DNA from: Eledone cirrhosa
Lineage: Eukaryota
DNA length: 64,000 nucleotides
Direction: 5' to 3'
Assembly: GCA_964016885.1 (NCBI GenBank)
Contig: OZ024740.1
Coordinates: forward strand, 304,110,001-304,174,000
A model generated the notes under the pieces. It had not been told where the DNA came from, did not search any database, and saw nothing but the letters and a program-made list of their open reading frames with translations. Of the stretch, positions 48,195 to 61,596 are shown in pieces (positions within the stretch are counted from its first letter, which is position 1; each line of letters begins with the position of its first letter). Both the position numbers and the translations under genes were made by a program.

Positions 48195-51100
48195 TTATAT
48201 AGAAGCAGACGTAAAATGATGATGATGAAATGCACACACGTATGTATGCTCTGCTTATAGCCCTACACTCCCCAGTTATACCCCAAAGAACCTATATTTG
48301 ATTATTCTAGCAGGTGTTCTCACCTTCCCTTGACTCTTCACTTCCAGCACCTAATTATTTTATGTATGCCTCTAACATCACATGATCTGAGACTAATTAA
48401 CTATAATAGAGGAGGGCGAGTAAGATTGTCATAGGGAGATGGATTTTATAATTTAGTCCTAGAAGGTGGAGCCATGCTCATTAGCTTTGTAGACAAATGC
48501 AAATTTGTGGGACATACTCATAGTTAGTGAAGCGTTAACACAAACACCTGCTGACCTCCATCTATTCAATGTTTTAAATAGAAAACCGTTTTCTTTATTT
48601 ATGTGTCAAAATAATATTGCATATATAAATAATATTATATATATATTCAAAAAGGCTAAAAACTTAATAGCTAAGTGTGTGTATTTAGTGAGTCTAAAAC
48701 TATGAAAACATGTAAATGTATGGATGTATAGAGAAATAGAGATACACATCTCTCTAAAAATATGTATGTGTGGCTACATACATAATCAGCTAAGATACAT
48801 GTTTGTCCTTGTGTATATGCATGTTTTATTACCAGCATTGTCATGTCATCTATGACTAGATATTTGTGTTCACCTAGATAAAACTTTGTTTAATTACTGT
48901 ACTGTTAAAATATCACAGGCAAATAAAAGTTGTAAGTTTTTTATTTTTTATTGTAAGTGATAGGAATCAAAATAATTCAACTAATCTGCTTTAGAGGGAG
49001 AGTGGGGAATCACCATTAATACCCCGGACCTCTTGAATATTTATGTAATTTTCTGAAATGACTTCACCTGCATAACAATATGTGTATACATGTATCGCTA
49101 TATATGCAAAAATTATCATTTGTTCCCAATGGAGGTGCCCTCCTAGTAGACAACAAGGCAGCTGGCTTCTAATATTTACTATCAGACTGACACACACAAA
49201 TAGTTTCTGCAACTGTTGAAAGCTTAACTGTTGTTACTTTTCACAGTAGTCATGCCTGAACTTAGCACAAATACAAAATTATAAAATGTCTTTCTTGTGC
49301 AATAAAACATGATCAACCGCTAAAATTGAAACCCTCCTCCTTTTTTTCTTTTTTACAATTTAGTCTGAAAAGGAGGTGCAGTGCCCATAGCCTTTCAATG
49401 CCCCTATAGACTGGAGTGTAAGTAGAGCTGAGTATAGTTAATTGTGGAGTAGGAACAGAGACAGGAAGGAGTTCTAGTTAGTTAGATCTAATTCAAAGAA
49501 TAGAGGACCAAGAAATTATTTAATGTATATTTGAGGGAGCAGTGAAGAAGAAACAAATGAAATGAAAAAGTTTAGGAAGGAATGTCATACAGTGAGTAAG
49601 TTTAGATCAGGTATGGGCAACCTTTATTGAACAGTAGGGCAAATAGGAGAGGGCTCATCATAAGGTGGCCTGCACTACTAAAAAATTCAAGGTATTTTTG
49701 AATTTAGACATGACATTCAGAAAGCCAAACAGGCTGCAGTTTTGCCCATGACTGATTTAGAGGCAGAGATGATAAGTAAAAGCTTGTCTATCAAACCGAT
49801 GGCCTTCAATGGTTGCAGTCCAGAATGTGAGTGTTGAGTGGTGGAAGTATTTCAGATGCATGAGTGATATTTAAGTGGAAGTAAAACATGTCCCTTGTAT
49901 AAAGTGAGAAGGTATTTGAAGATATAATATGTTTTGGTTCTGAATATTAACCAGAAACATTGTGATGCAACTTTGGTCTATGTAGTTTACATGTGATCAG
50001 TGATAGAACCCACTCTAAGGAGAAGGGACTGTGCTCTACTAGATTTGTAGGGTTGAAATGGTTGGTGTTTATCTTCAATTTATGCATGTTGACTGTAAAG
50101 TGCGTAGCTCAGAGATCAGAGAGTCGCTCCAAGTAGAGCCGCCACTTCTCCGAATTGAGAGATCACAGCTCCAATATTATGGGCATGTGGTTAGAATGTT
50201 TCAGGAAAGAATTGCCGGACAAATTTTATGGGCAAAACCAACTGGCAGGAGACCCAGAGGCAAGATGGTTGGATAACATCCATGAGCTTGGCTGGTCTTG
50301 CTTGGCGATCCAGCCGGATCGGTTGGAGACAGTTACTTCTGACATGACCCACTGAATGGAGTGTTTAAAGACTCTGCCCCCACGACCCTCTTAGGAATAA
50401 GTGGGCGAAGACGAGAAGACTGAATAGAAAATATTGGTTTGAGGAGGGTGGGTTTCCAGGGAGCTGGAATTCTGGGCGTAATGTTTTGAATGGAGTGTTT
50501 GATCTGGTATTTAGGGAGGATGAGAGGAAATGAAGCAAGTAAATCAAATGAGCTTTAGTGGTACTCAGTGTGTTTTTTTTAGAAGAGCTAGGTTTAAAAT
50601 TACTACTTGATCCTTGAGTGTCTTTATCAGAGTCCAGTCTGTTGCAAGTATTCAGTCCAGGTGTCTAGTTTGAGAATAGCTTTCTCTCCTGCAACCATTT
50701 TCAGAGGCCCTGAAAACAGTCATGGGCACCTCTCTTCCCTCCGTGACTAAACAGTAAAATAATAAAAACAAAAATAGAGGAAACAAAGGATGGTCACAGT
50801 GCATAGGTATATTAGTGTGTGAGTCTTGCCAATCAATCAAATGGCAGTTTTGGGGAGTGTTACATCTAGAATGTAACACCCTACATGAAAATATTACACA
50901 GGAAGTCTCAGAACAGACAAATAACTCATCTAGTGTAGTATATCTATCTTCAGTCTATATATAAACATAATTGTCTCTAATGACCTTTCTCTAAAATAAC
51001 AGATGTTGAAACATAATCAATGTAGCTTCCTCTTTAGAACCAGGCTAAAATATAATAAAGATTTCTAATTTAGGTACAAGGCCAGAAATTATGGAGAAGG

Positions 51101-54100
51101 GGAAAGTCGATTATATCGACCCCAGTACTTAACTGCTACTTTATTTTATCAACCTTGCAAGGATGATAGGCAAAGTTGGTTTGACCCCAGAATGTAGAAA
51201 GTCATATCAATACTGTAAAGAATTTTGTCCGATGTTCTACTGATTCTGGCAATCCACTGCCCTAGGCTGAAATGTAATAATAGATATAGTTTTTGCAGCT
51301 GGAATACTTTTGATCATTAGTCTACACAAGGGATGACTTGGGGTTAAACAACTACAATAGGTATCAGTTTAATTGTCTGTATCTCTCCCTTACAAAATCG
51401 AGTTCTTCAAATGGTATAAGACTTGGTTTGTAGATAACTTTCTTTAGCATCCGTAGCTATGAGAGATCATTAGATTTATGCCAATCTGTTTGAATAGAGC
51501 TGAATATCATATTGTAATTGTAAGCACTGTTTTGAAAATTTTAATACTTTTTACAAGCTGTCCTAAAGAATATTAGGTAAAACAAATGCTGAGGGCAAAT
51601 CCTAGGTTATTTTTTTTTGGGGGGGGGGGGGGGGGGGCTGTTTATTGTAGAACCTTGAAATGCAATTGATAAAAAAGAAACAAAATTAGGTTTTAGAATC
51701 AAAAACTAAATATATTTTCATAAGCAACACAAGAGAAATTCAATTATTAACAACTTTATTTGAAATTGTATCATCCTGTACACACGTGTGTATGTGTTGT
51801 TGTTATGGTTCACACCTGCATAGATTTTGTCAGCCTACTATGGGGCTGTATCTCATAGATGTCTTCTGGTATGTTTTAATGGTATGGGGAGGGGGCATTC
51901 CTATCATGTCACCATTTCTCCAGTGACAAGCAGCACAATTTGAACTCAGAATGTACAGAGTCAGAACAGATATTGGAAGGCATCTTGTCCAATATTCTAA
52001 CAATTCCACCAATCCACTACCCTGGACTGTCTCTTTATTTACTGACCTTTATAGAATAGCAGATAAGGCGGTGACTTGGCAGAGTCATTAGAATATCGGA
52101 TAGAATGCTTTATGGTATTTGTTCTCAGTCTCTATCTGAGTTCAAACCCTGCTACGGTCAACTTTGTCATTCATGTTTTCGGGGTCAATAAAAGAAGTAC
52201 CAATCTAGTATAAGGGGTTGATTCTACTTCCATTCCTTCGCTCATTATTCTTCTCTGGAAGAAATCTGGCATGTTCATCCCTGGAAAGGAGATGGGCTCT
52301 GCCAGACATAAAATACCCTAGAAATGCTGTATGCCAAAATGCTGCCCCGACGACTCCATCGGCAGTTACAGGATGAAGCATGCATGCATGTTTAGGATGA
52401 CAGGCAAAGTTGATCTTGGTGGGATCTGAATTCAGTGCACAAAGAGTCAGAACAACTATTGCAAGGCTTTTAATCTAATGCTTTCATGGAGCTTGTTAAT
52501 TCACCATTTGTGTTTGTATAATGGTGGTGATGGGGGAGGGTATATATAAGATGAAGTAGTGACAATATTATTTCAAAAGTGCAATGTTAGTGGAACAACA
52601 GAGTGCCCTTGTCACTATTGTTCTTATTTAAAAGCAGTGAAATTGACAACTTTCCACTTTACCATTTAAAACTATTGTGTTAACATATTTAAACTATTTT
52701 TTCTCCCTGGGTCACTTTAACTGTGTACTTTAGTATTTGTGAAACAGTTATCTGTATTTAGTTATATCTTTATAGACCAAATATTTCTTATAATTAGGTT
52801 ATCATTTAGGCATATTTTAGAAGCTTCTTTACATTAGTTGTTTGTGTGTTTTTACAGTCAGTTTTCTTTGTTGTTTTTGACTGTTAGTTTGAGATTGTAG
52901 TCCTACAATAAAAGTTGTATGGCCAAATGCTTATAATTAGATTATCATTTTGGCTTTGTTTTAGTAACTTATTTGAATAAATTCATTGAGAAGAGGATTT
53001 TATTTGTTGTTAGTCAATGTTAGGTTGTGCTTATAATCCTACTACTTACATTTATACTTAATTGGTACCACAAATAACTTATATTAGAGTGAACATAAAT
53101 GTTCTCAAATCAATATCTTTTTTATTATGTAATACAAAGGTACAAAGGGGATTGGAATAATTGGGGAAGGGGCTGGAATAAGCAGGGAAGTTGGAATAAT
53201 TGGGGAGGGGGGGGGGTGGAAAATGAGTAATTTTTTTAGTTTGTTTCTGCTGAATTTTTTTTTTTAAACCAGAATTAGTCATTTAGTTTACATATTGAGA
53301 TCCTAACTCATCCTATTTATTTTATAACATATGGGATTTCTTGTAATGTTCTTGTTTTGTTATGTATAATCTTTTTTAATGTATAATGAAAATTAATTGT
53401 TGCAGGAATGCTACCACTTAAAATACTACTTGCCAGAGACAGATTAGCAAACTTTAATAAGTGTGGGAAGGGGGATTATTTAAGACCTGAGACTAGTTAA
53501 TCCAGAAAGTAGAAACCTCTGTACTAGTTAGAGAAGGGACAGTCTATCTGTGAAGCAGATGGAAACCAAAAAGCTTTTCAACAGGAACATTTAAAATAAT
53601 TGACACTACTCCTATCCCGACTGATAGCAATTACATCTTAAAACACCTGGAAGAATATTTCTGCACACTCCTACATAGGAATTCTATTGCTGTTTTCAAA
53701 ATATGCCCCAACATGTTAGCAGGGAAAACAGACATTAAATGATGATGATCCTCCATGAATTTGGATGTCAGCCCCACTAACTTATCTTAAACTTACACCA
53801 TATAAGTAACACCAGATCCTTTAGAGTGAACTCAGTAGTGGTTACATATCCCATGGATGCCATCTGCAACATTACAAAGATCAAATCGAATCAAACAGAC
53901 TATTACAAAGACCAACACAATCCAATTCATGCCGTGACACATTCTCTAGTGGCAATTTGGTGAGAAGAAGACAAACTGTCCATGTATCAGCTATTCACTA
54001 ATAGGTTTGTGATAGAGCTTGTAACAGTGGAGACTTCTGGCATTCTTGGCTCTTGGACCACATCCCTACGTACTGCTATTGGAGCAGAGTTGGCTGCCCA

Positions 54101-54837
54101 CGAGGTGGAGTGGCTTTTCCAACACATCTTCCTCTCCTTATCCTCTAGGGAAATGCATTCTCCATCCTGTCGGCCAGGACCCAGAGGCAGATGGTAAGTT
54201 AGTTGGAGGTGGAGGATACTTGTTCAGACGTCACACATTTACATATACTTATATACTTCATATGAAAATAGATAGCTTTTTCATGATTTCATAGAAGACT
54301 TACTATATATATATATATATATATATATATCATATCATCGTTGTTTTAATGTCCACTTATCTAAAACCCTAGGAAGAAGAAGCAGCTTGATCACAAACTC
54401 TTGCATGAAACCATCTCAATAAATGTAGATCTGTTTGAATAAGAATGTCACAGAAATGAAGAGGACAAATGACAATGGTGAAAAAACTCTGCCAATTCCA
54501 ACCAGAATTAACTAGTGTAGATGTTTTTGTTTTTGTCATCAGAAATAGAAGCATAACAAATAAGAAAAACTTGAAAAGTAGGAACAGCCATTTGACAATT
54601 GGTACAAAAGAACAGGTTAAGTAAGTTTGATGAGAATATAAGTTAAGATAGTAATAAAGCTATGTAAAGTTGGTTAGAGGTAGTTGGAAGTAGATTAAGA
54701 TGTGTTGGGTTAAACTATATTTTAAACAAAGAAAAATATGCCTTACAGTTGACATAAATATATGTGTATGTAGATCAGTCCAACCCATTAAAGATCTATC
54801 AATGAGGTGATTATTGATTTGTTGAGTCAGATTTTTG

Positions 54838-54893
<56 letters not shown>

Positions 54894-54902
<9 letters not shown>

Positions 54903-55567
54903 ATACTTGGGGAGGGTCATATTTGTGTAATATTGCCAGAATTAATAACAGAACACACTCACTGTTTGGTTGGTTTTCGCTTTTCGCTTCTGTGTCTTTT
55001 ATATCGGTAATCTAATTTATTCGGTCCTCAATGTTGCCATTGACTGACCAACGGTCAAAAATAATACAGATACAATATAGACACAAACACATATATATAG
55101 TTTATCAAAGTTCTTTCGTTGCACATCTGCAACATCGTCAAATATAGAATACATTAACCAATACACAGTCACCCAATCACGAACACACATCAAACAAAAC
55201 ACTATACACACACGCAAACGCATGCGCAAAGAAGACAAAATAAAATAAACAAATAAATAAATATATAAACAGACTAAATAAAGATGGCGTAGAAAATACA
55301 ATGTAACGGGAGGAAACAATAGCACCACTGACGATGTTGCAGATGTGCAACGAAAGAACTTTGATAAACTATATATATGTGTTTGTGTCTATATTGTATC
55401 TGTATTATTTTTGACCGTTAGTCAGTCAATGGCAACATTGAGGACCGAATAAATTAGATTACCAATATAAAAGACACAGAAGCGAAAACCAACCAAACAG
55501 TGAGTGTGTTCTGTTATTAATTCTGGCAATATTACACAAATATGACCCTCCCCAAGTATAACAATAT
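54894..55567 (+). mobile_element. 5'-truncated PLE: inverted pLTR, 3'UTR and pLTR with hammerhead motif
   Basis: ~240-bp near-perfect arms 54894-55140 and 55329-55567; spacer shares ACGCATGCGCAAA and AAGATGG with the PLE UTR at ~31690-31742; CTGACGA-T-GTTGCA-GATG-TGCAAC-GAAA-GAAC-TT at 55328-55361. Confidence 0.85.
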
Positions 55568-58163
55568 TTGTTTTGACACACGATTTCATATAAAAAACCT
55601 CGCAAAGCTATATATATATATATTTCTTTTTGCATATACAGGAGATTACCTTTATGTGATCTGACATATGTTTGCATCTAAAGTACATTTACTTTTATAG
55701 CCTGTGACCTTAGATAATAAAGGTCAGGGGAAATGAGTGAGAATGAGGTGATTATAAATGATATGGCAATTGATATGAAGTTTTTAAAGAAGGACTGGGG
55801 TGGGTATCTTTGTGTTTGAAGAAGTAATAGAATTTATATAGAGGTGTTTGGGATATATGAAATTAGGGAGGAGTGTGGGTTTAGTGTGTGTGGGGGGAGT
55901 ATAAGAGCTATCATTATGGGAGATAAGAGAAAAAAAGTTTGTTTAATCAAGAAACTTGTAAACCTGTAGTAGTATCAAAGAAACAAGAATAATCACCCCA
56001 TCCCACCCGTCACATTTTTACTTGAAAAAAACCTAGTTAATATGACAGTTGTGTCTTATTTTATTTTTTAAAGATAAAAAAATCTGTACTTTTTTATGTA
56101 GTAGTGCTGGTGGTAGTAGTATCAGTAGTAGTAGTAGTAGTAGCTACTGTTGTTTAACCCCAAGACAACCCTGATCCCACAGTGACCATTCCATCCAATG
56201 CTTTTTCCTCTGTGCAAGAAACCACATTATTCAATAGGGTTTTTGTTTTTAATTGTAGCATGTGGTTTGAGGAAGATTTAGCTACTATTTACAGCAATTT
56301 GAGCAACCATGAAGAGGCTCCTTCATTGGCTCAGGGTATGTTGTAATGGCCATGACTGGTGTGATAAGCTGTCTCCTATCTTATAAAAGAGACACAATTT
56401 TCCCCACTTTAATTGTTATATACAGCTACTAAGTGACACCACTCACTTAACTTCTTTCTTTCTTTTTCATTTAGTATTTTGCCAAATAACCTATTTTCCT
56501 CTTTCACCCCCACCCACACTTGTGCTGTAACCTGGAGCAGTTCAAGCTACTTACATCACAGTGGTTATCTGTTTTATGAAATAATTACTCAAGTCACTAG
56601 GCTTGTCATGGTCATAGAAGAATAAAGAAGAAAGTAGAATAGAGTTCTAGGTTGACAGACATAACAAATACTGTATTGTTATTCTATTCTTTAACTCTTT
56701 TGAGACCACCTCTGCTGTTCTGATACAAAATCATGCATTTTAAAATGTTCTTGTGAAGTCACATGGCTTGGTGGTGAGGCTGTTGTGCTCATGAATTGAA
56801 TACCTGAACTAATCAGTTCATTGTGTACTTCAGCCAAACACTATTTCACATTGTTCCAGTTCACTTGGCTGGAAAAGAGGAATTGCAATGACACGTGTTC
56901 CCAGCTATATCGACCTCTGCTTTTCCCTTGATCAGCAATGATAAAAGAAGACCATCCTTCTAAAATGTTCTTATTTAAATTAAAACCTCACACCATAATT
57001 TAATGTAAGAACCTATTTGTTCAGGTTTGTTCCGAAAAGCAATTTTTTTTTTTTTTCAAACCACCTCATTCGTCATTCAAATTTTATTTATATAAATGCT
57101 TCATATAATAAACAGGATGAAAGTAAAAAAAAAAAAACAATAATGAATGGGGAGGGGAGGGTTAGACTGCACCTCAGTCAAGGTTGTATATCTTAGCTGT
57201 GTCCTGCAGCAGACAAAATGGGGACAACATTGCCACAAAAAACAACCAGTGACACCTACTGCTTCAGCCACTCAAACACCAGATTAATAATTGTTTCTAC
57301 TTTTTGGCACAAGGCCAGCAATTACCCAGTGCATTACTGGTACTTTATTTTATCGACCCCCGTAAGGATGAAAGGCAAAGTTAACCTTGGTGGGATGAAG
57401 TCCAACACCTTTACCAACTAAACCACACACCTCCACAAGGTTTTATAGGTCCAGTACATATGCCTCATACTAGTTTTTCCATCATATTTTTCATGAAATA
57501 AAGTTGCAACATACATTATATTTCATTAAAAATATCGTTATAAAAGGGTGAAATGTTTAAAATGTTCTTTTGAAGTGAGAAGATTGAATATACCACCTTT
57601 CTTTCTGTTTGTCTGTCTGTCTTTCATGGACTTTAGACTGTATTCCATTCATTGTGTTGTACCTTTTTAAGTCACATAGTCTCAGTCATTTAACTCTTTT
57701 GTTATCATATTTCTAATTTTAAAAATAATCAAGAATTTTGAGGGATTTGGTAATATAGCTAATTTTCTCATTAAGCTGGTGTTTGGAACATAACTTCACA
57801 AAAGTTACTCCCATAAAATTATGATGGAAGATTTATCAATACTTTAAAATAAACAGTCTTGTACCATAGAACCAGGGGTGGTTTCAGACTGTTTGGTATC
57901 AAAAGGGTTAATTATTTATGGCTTAATGAGAGGGAGAAGGGCAATGCTTATGACTCTTTTCAGGAAGTCTCTTATCTCTAGATGTGTGGAAGGAAGGAAG
58001 TTAACTAGTTTACTTGGTTGATAACTGGTCCCACTTGCATCACAGCCGTATGTTTAGTAATAGGTGAGATTCTAGATGAGAGTCGATGAAACAGTAGTAG
58101 GTAGCTCAGCTAACATTGAGTTAAAATGCAGATTGCTTTTGTATCAAAATACGTCACTAAAAC

Positions 58164-58257
58164 TGTATTTCTCATGTGTAAGTTGTATTTCTCATGTGTA
58201 AGTTGTATTCTCATGTGTAAGTTGTATTTCTCATGTGAAAGTTGTATTTCTCATGTA
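58164..58257. repeat. 20-bp minisatellite, ~4.7 copies
   Basis: Unit TGTATTTCTCATGTGTAAGT. Confidence 0.9.
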
Positions 58258-59047
58258 ACAGTGTACTACAAATATAAAAGTTAAATTCAATCCATCAGTT
58301 AAGAAAACATTTTCTATAAGAAAAAACAAAAACGTTGGAAAAGGGGTTATGGGTAATTAGTATTTTTTTAGGCTTAATGAAAATGGATGGTGTAAATTTA
58401 CACTAAAAAATGTTTTATATTTGATACGTATATAAATTTGAATCTTATGTAAGCAATTTGAGATACATTAAAAAAATTAACCAAAATATAGACAGCTGGA
58501 TAAATATTGTTGCTGATAAAGAAAAAAAAAGCAAGGAGAAAAAGGATGAAGCTGAAAATGATTTTTAAAACAGTCACAAGCCACAAATTTTGGGGAAAGA
58601 GTAGGGTTGACCACATTACATGACTGAAGGCATAAAAGGAAACATTTGATCTCAGAATGAAACTAGATACTGTGAGGCATTTAGTCTGGCATTCTACCAA
58701 TAATAAGAATAATGATGGTGGACTATTTACAACAGAAAACTGAAGTTGTTGTTTAGTTTCAGTTCAATCATGAACAACTAACACCTATAATCAAAGGTAT
58801 TCCAGCAGTTTTTTTTATATTGTTTGCAACCATAGTGTATCTAGGATTAAACTATCCAATGCAGCCTCCTCTTTTTTAAAGACAGTAGAGTGTGATATTA
58901 GGAAGCTTTAACTACTATTGAATGAATGACCATGTAGAGGTGTCCTCATTGGAAAAGCTTTTTTCAAAGCTGTATAATCATGTGTAGTGTATAAATATAG
59001 TGTGGCTGCAGCGTGGTTGAGTGGTTAAGAAGTTTGTTTTGTAATCA

Positions 59048-59237
59048 TTAGGTCCTGGGTTCAGCCCCACCATGCGGCATCTTGACCCAAGCCTTGTGAT
59101 TGATACTGGTGTTAGGTCCTGGGTTCAGCCCCACTGTGTGACATCTTGCCCCAAGCCTTGTGATTGATACTGGTGTTAGGTCCTGGGTTCAGCCCCACTG
59201 TGTGGCATCTTGCCCCAAGCCTTGTGATTGATACTGG
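59048..59237 (+). repeat. 64-bp tandem triplication inside a SINE head
   Basis: Units start at 59048, 59112 and 59176. Confidence 0.92.
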
Positions 59238-59559
59238 GTTGACAGAAACTGTTTGGAAGCCCATCAGATTGACTGTACCTGTAAATAATAGGCCCAGCCT
59301 TGTCACACACTGTCATGCTGAATCTCCCTGAGGATTATGTTATGGGTCTGTGTAATGCTCGACCACTTACATATTAGTTTCAAGAGCTGATGTTCCATAG
59401 ATTGAACAACTGGGACAGTCATCATCAAAACCAACAGATGATCACCATTCATTCATACAGAGATTAGGTAGAGAAAGGAAAGTTGTATACTGTATAAAAT
59501 GAAAATGAATTATGACAGTGGCGTTTCTAAACAATATCATCTGTTCTCTTTCTATACAC

Positions 59560-59992
59560 ACATGAGTCATGGGCCTTGATCACTGAACTGCAAAGAAAGA
59601 TCCAAACAAAGGAGATAAAATGTGCTATAGAAGAATCCTAGATAATCTACACAGAACACACGACAAACAAGGAGGATCACAAAAGAATCACCCAATATGT
59701 GACTCACTTTGAAGATCTGCTGACTACGGTGAAGAGGAGGAAGCTGAGGTGGTTTGGGCATGTAACAAGATCGAACGGACTCTGCAAGACAATTCTCCAA
59801 CGAAAGAGACGAAAGAGGTGGGGCAGACAGAATAAGCGGTGAACAGACAACGTAGCTGAGTGAACAGGAAAGAACTTTGCCACAACCCAAGCACTCACCC
59901 ATGACCGCCAGAACTGGAGGCAGTTGGTGCAGCATTCAACACTGCGGTGTCTCAATGACTTTAAAAAGGGTTAAGGGACCATGATGATGATC
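59560..59992 (+). mobile_element. RTE (BovB-like) LINE 3' fragment
   Basis: EDLLTTVKRRKLRWFGHVTRSNGLCKTILQ; (ATG)n tail. Confidence 0.75.
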
Positions 59993-60314
59993 ATTTGTTC
60001 AGAATGTAACTATTTGACTATTGAAATTATCAATTCTGCTATGTATCTTCTTTATTCTTGACATCATCTATATTTCTGAAGTGAAACTTCATTGATATAT
60101 AATGTTTATGTGCTATATATGCTTTAGCTGACCGGTTTCTTTCAATAATGCATATATATATATAAATCAGGGTGGATTTAGTTTGAAACTGGTTAGACCA
60201 TTACTCAACAGTGTACTTGGTACTTGGGGTAGTAGAGTATGGTTATATCATAAAGAGTCAGGACCCAGATGGCTGAGCTCCTGCTGTTTCAACAGCTTGT
60301 TCCATATATATATA

Positions 60315-60646
60315 GCTGAGTGGTTAGAGCATTGGCCTTGCAATCGAAAGGTTGTGAGTTCAATTCTCAGACTGGGTGATGTGTTGTTTCCTTGAGCAAG
60401 ACACTTTATTTCACATTGCTCCAGTTTACTCAGCTGTAGAAATGAGATGATAGGGACTGGGGTCCCTATCATTCCACTGCAAAGTGGTCGTGGAGGTGCC
60501 ACGGCAAAAAAGCACCCAGCACTCACTGTAAATGAGGTTGGTGTTAGGAAGGGCATCCAGCTGTAGAAATCAAGCCAGAATCAGTTCCCGTCCCACCCTT
60601 GCAAGCAGGGAAAAGCGGACGTAAAATGAAATGATGATGATGATGA
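60315..60646 (+). mobile_element. Young CORE-type SINE with RTE-derived tail
   Basis: Reverse complement of 43272-43589. Confidence 0.88.
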
Positions 60647-61144
60647 TATATATATATAAACGATGATGATGATGTATATATATATTAATTCATTATAAGT
60701 ACAGATTAAAGTTTAAGCAAAAAATCGCTGCTTTCACCCTTTTACAGGATGGATTGGCAGCATTGGTAGAGGGTTGGACGCCATGCTTTCCAGCATAGTT
60801 ACGTCCCTTTACGATCTGAGTTCAAATCCCGGTGAGGTTGACTTTGCCTTTCATCCTTACGGGGTCGATAAAATAAAGTACCAGTAATGCACTGCATAAT
60901 TGCTGGCCTTGTGCCTAAAGTAGAAACAATTATTATATATATATAGAGCGGTGGATTGGCAGTATCAGTAGAGGGTCGGACGTCATGCTTTGACGCATAG
61001 AGTTACGGCCCTTGTCATTCTGAGTTCAAATCCCACTGAGGTCAACTTTGCCTTTCATCCTTACGGGGTCGATAAAATAAAGTACCAGTAATACACTGGG
61101 TAATTGCTGGCCTTGTGCCAAAAGTAGAAACAATTATATATATA

Positions 61145-61390
61145 TAGTATAAACAAAGTTTCATACACTTAATATGTATGTGCAACCGTTAGTTTTGGGG
61201 TCAGGTTATGGTCACCAATGTGGACAGATATATGAAAAGGGAAATAGTCCCTTTTTCATAAATCTGTCCACGTGCCCGAGGAAGGACCAGTTTAAAAGTG
61301 CCTACTCCAATATACAGTGTTGGCCATAACTGGACTCTGAAACCAATGGTCACATATACATGTTAAGTGCATGAAACTTTGTTTATACTA
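61145..61390. mobile_element. Fold-back PLE-type fragment with nested hairpin and decayed hammerhead motif
   Basis: Arms 61145-61213 and 61321-61390; inner hairpin 61220-61271; CCGAGGA (61276)..GAAAC-CAATG-GTC. Confidence 0.65.
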
Positions 61391-61486
61391 AATAAGCTCT
61401 CTTGCTACAGATTGAGCACTGTTTTCCTTGATCTTTCATCTATGGATTTCTACACACATTTGATGTTTGTTTTTCTTCTCTTTTAG

Positions 61487-61596
61487 GTGGAGTACATGTT
61501 AATAAGATTTGATCATGAAAATGAGGTGGTTCAGTTACTGTTAAACTCTACAGAATTACTTCTATCTCTTCAGAAACAGGAACTTGAATCAAAAGA
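61487..61596 (+). CDS. GCLC: Glutamate-cysteine ligase catalytic subunit, coding exon 2
   Basis: Polypyrimidine-TTTTAG acceptor; VEYMLIRFDHENEVVQLLLNSTELLLSLQKQELESK continues WGDE|VEYM in frame; GTAAGT donor at 61597, phase 2. Confidence 0.95.
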
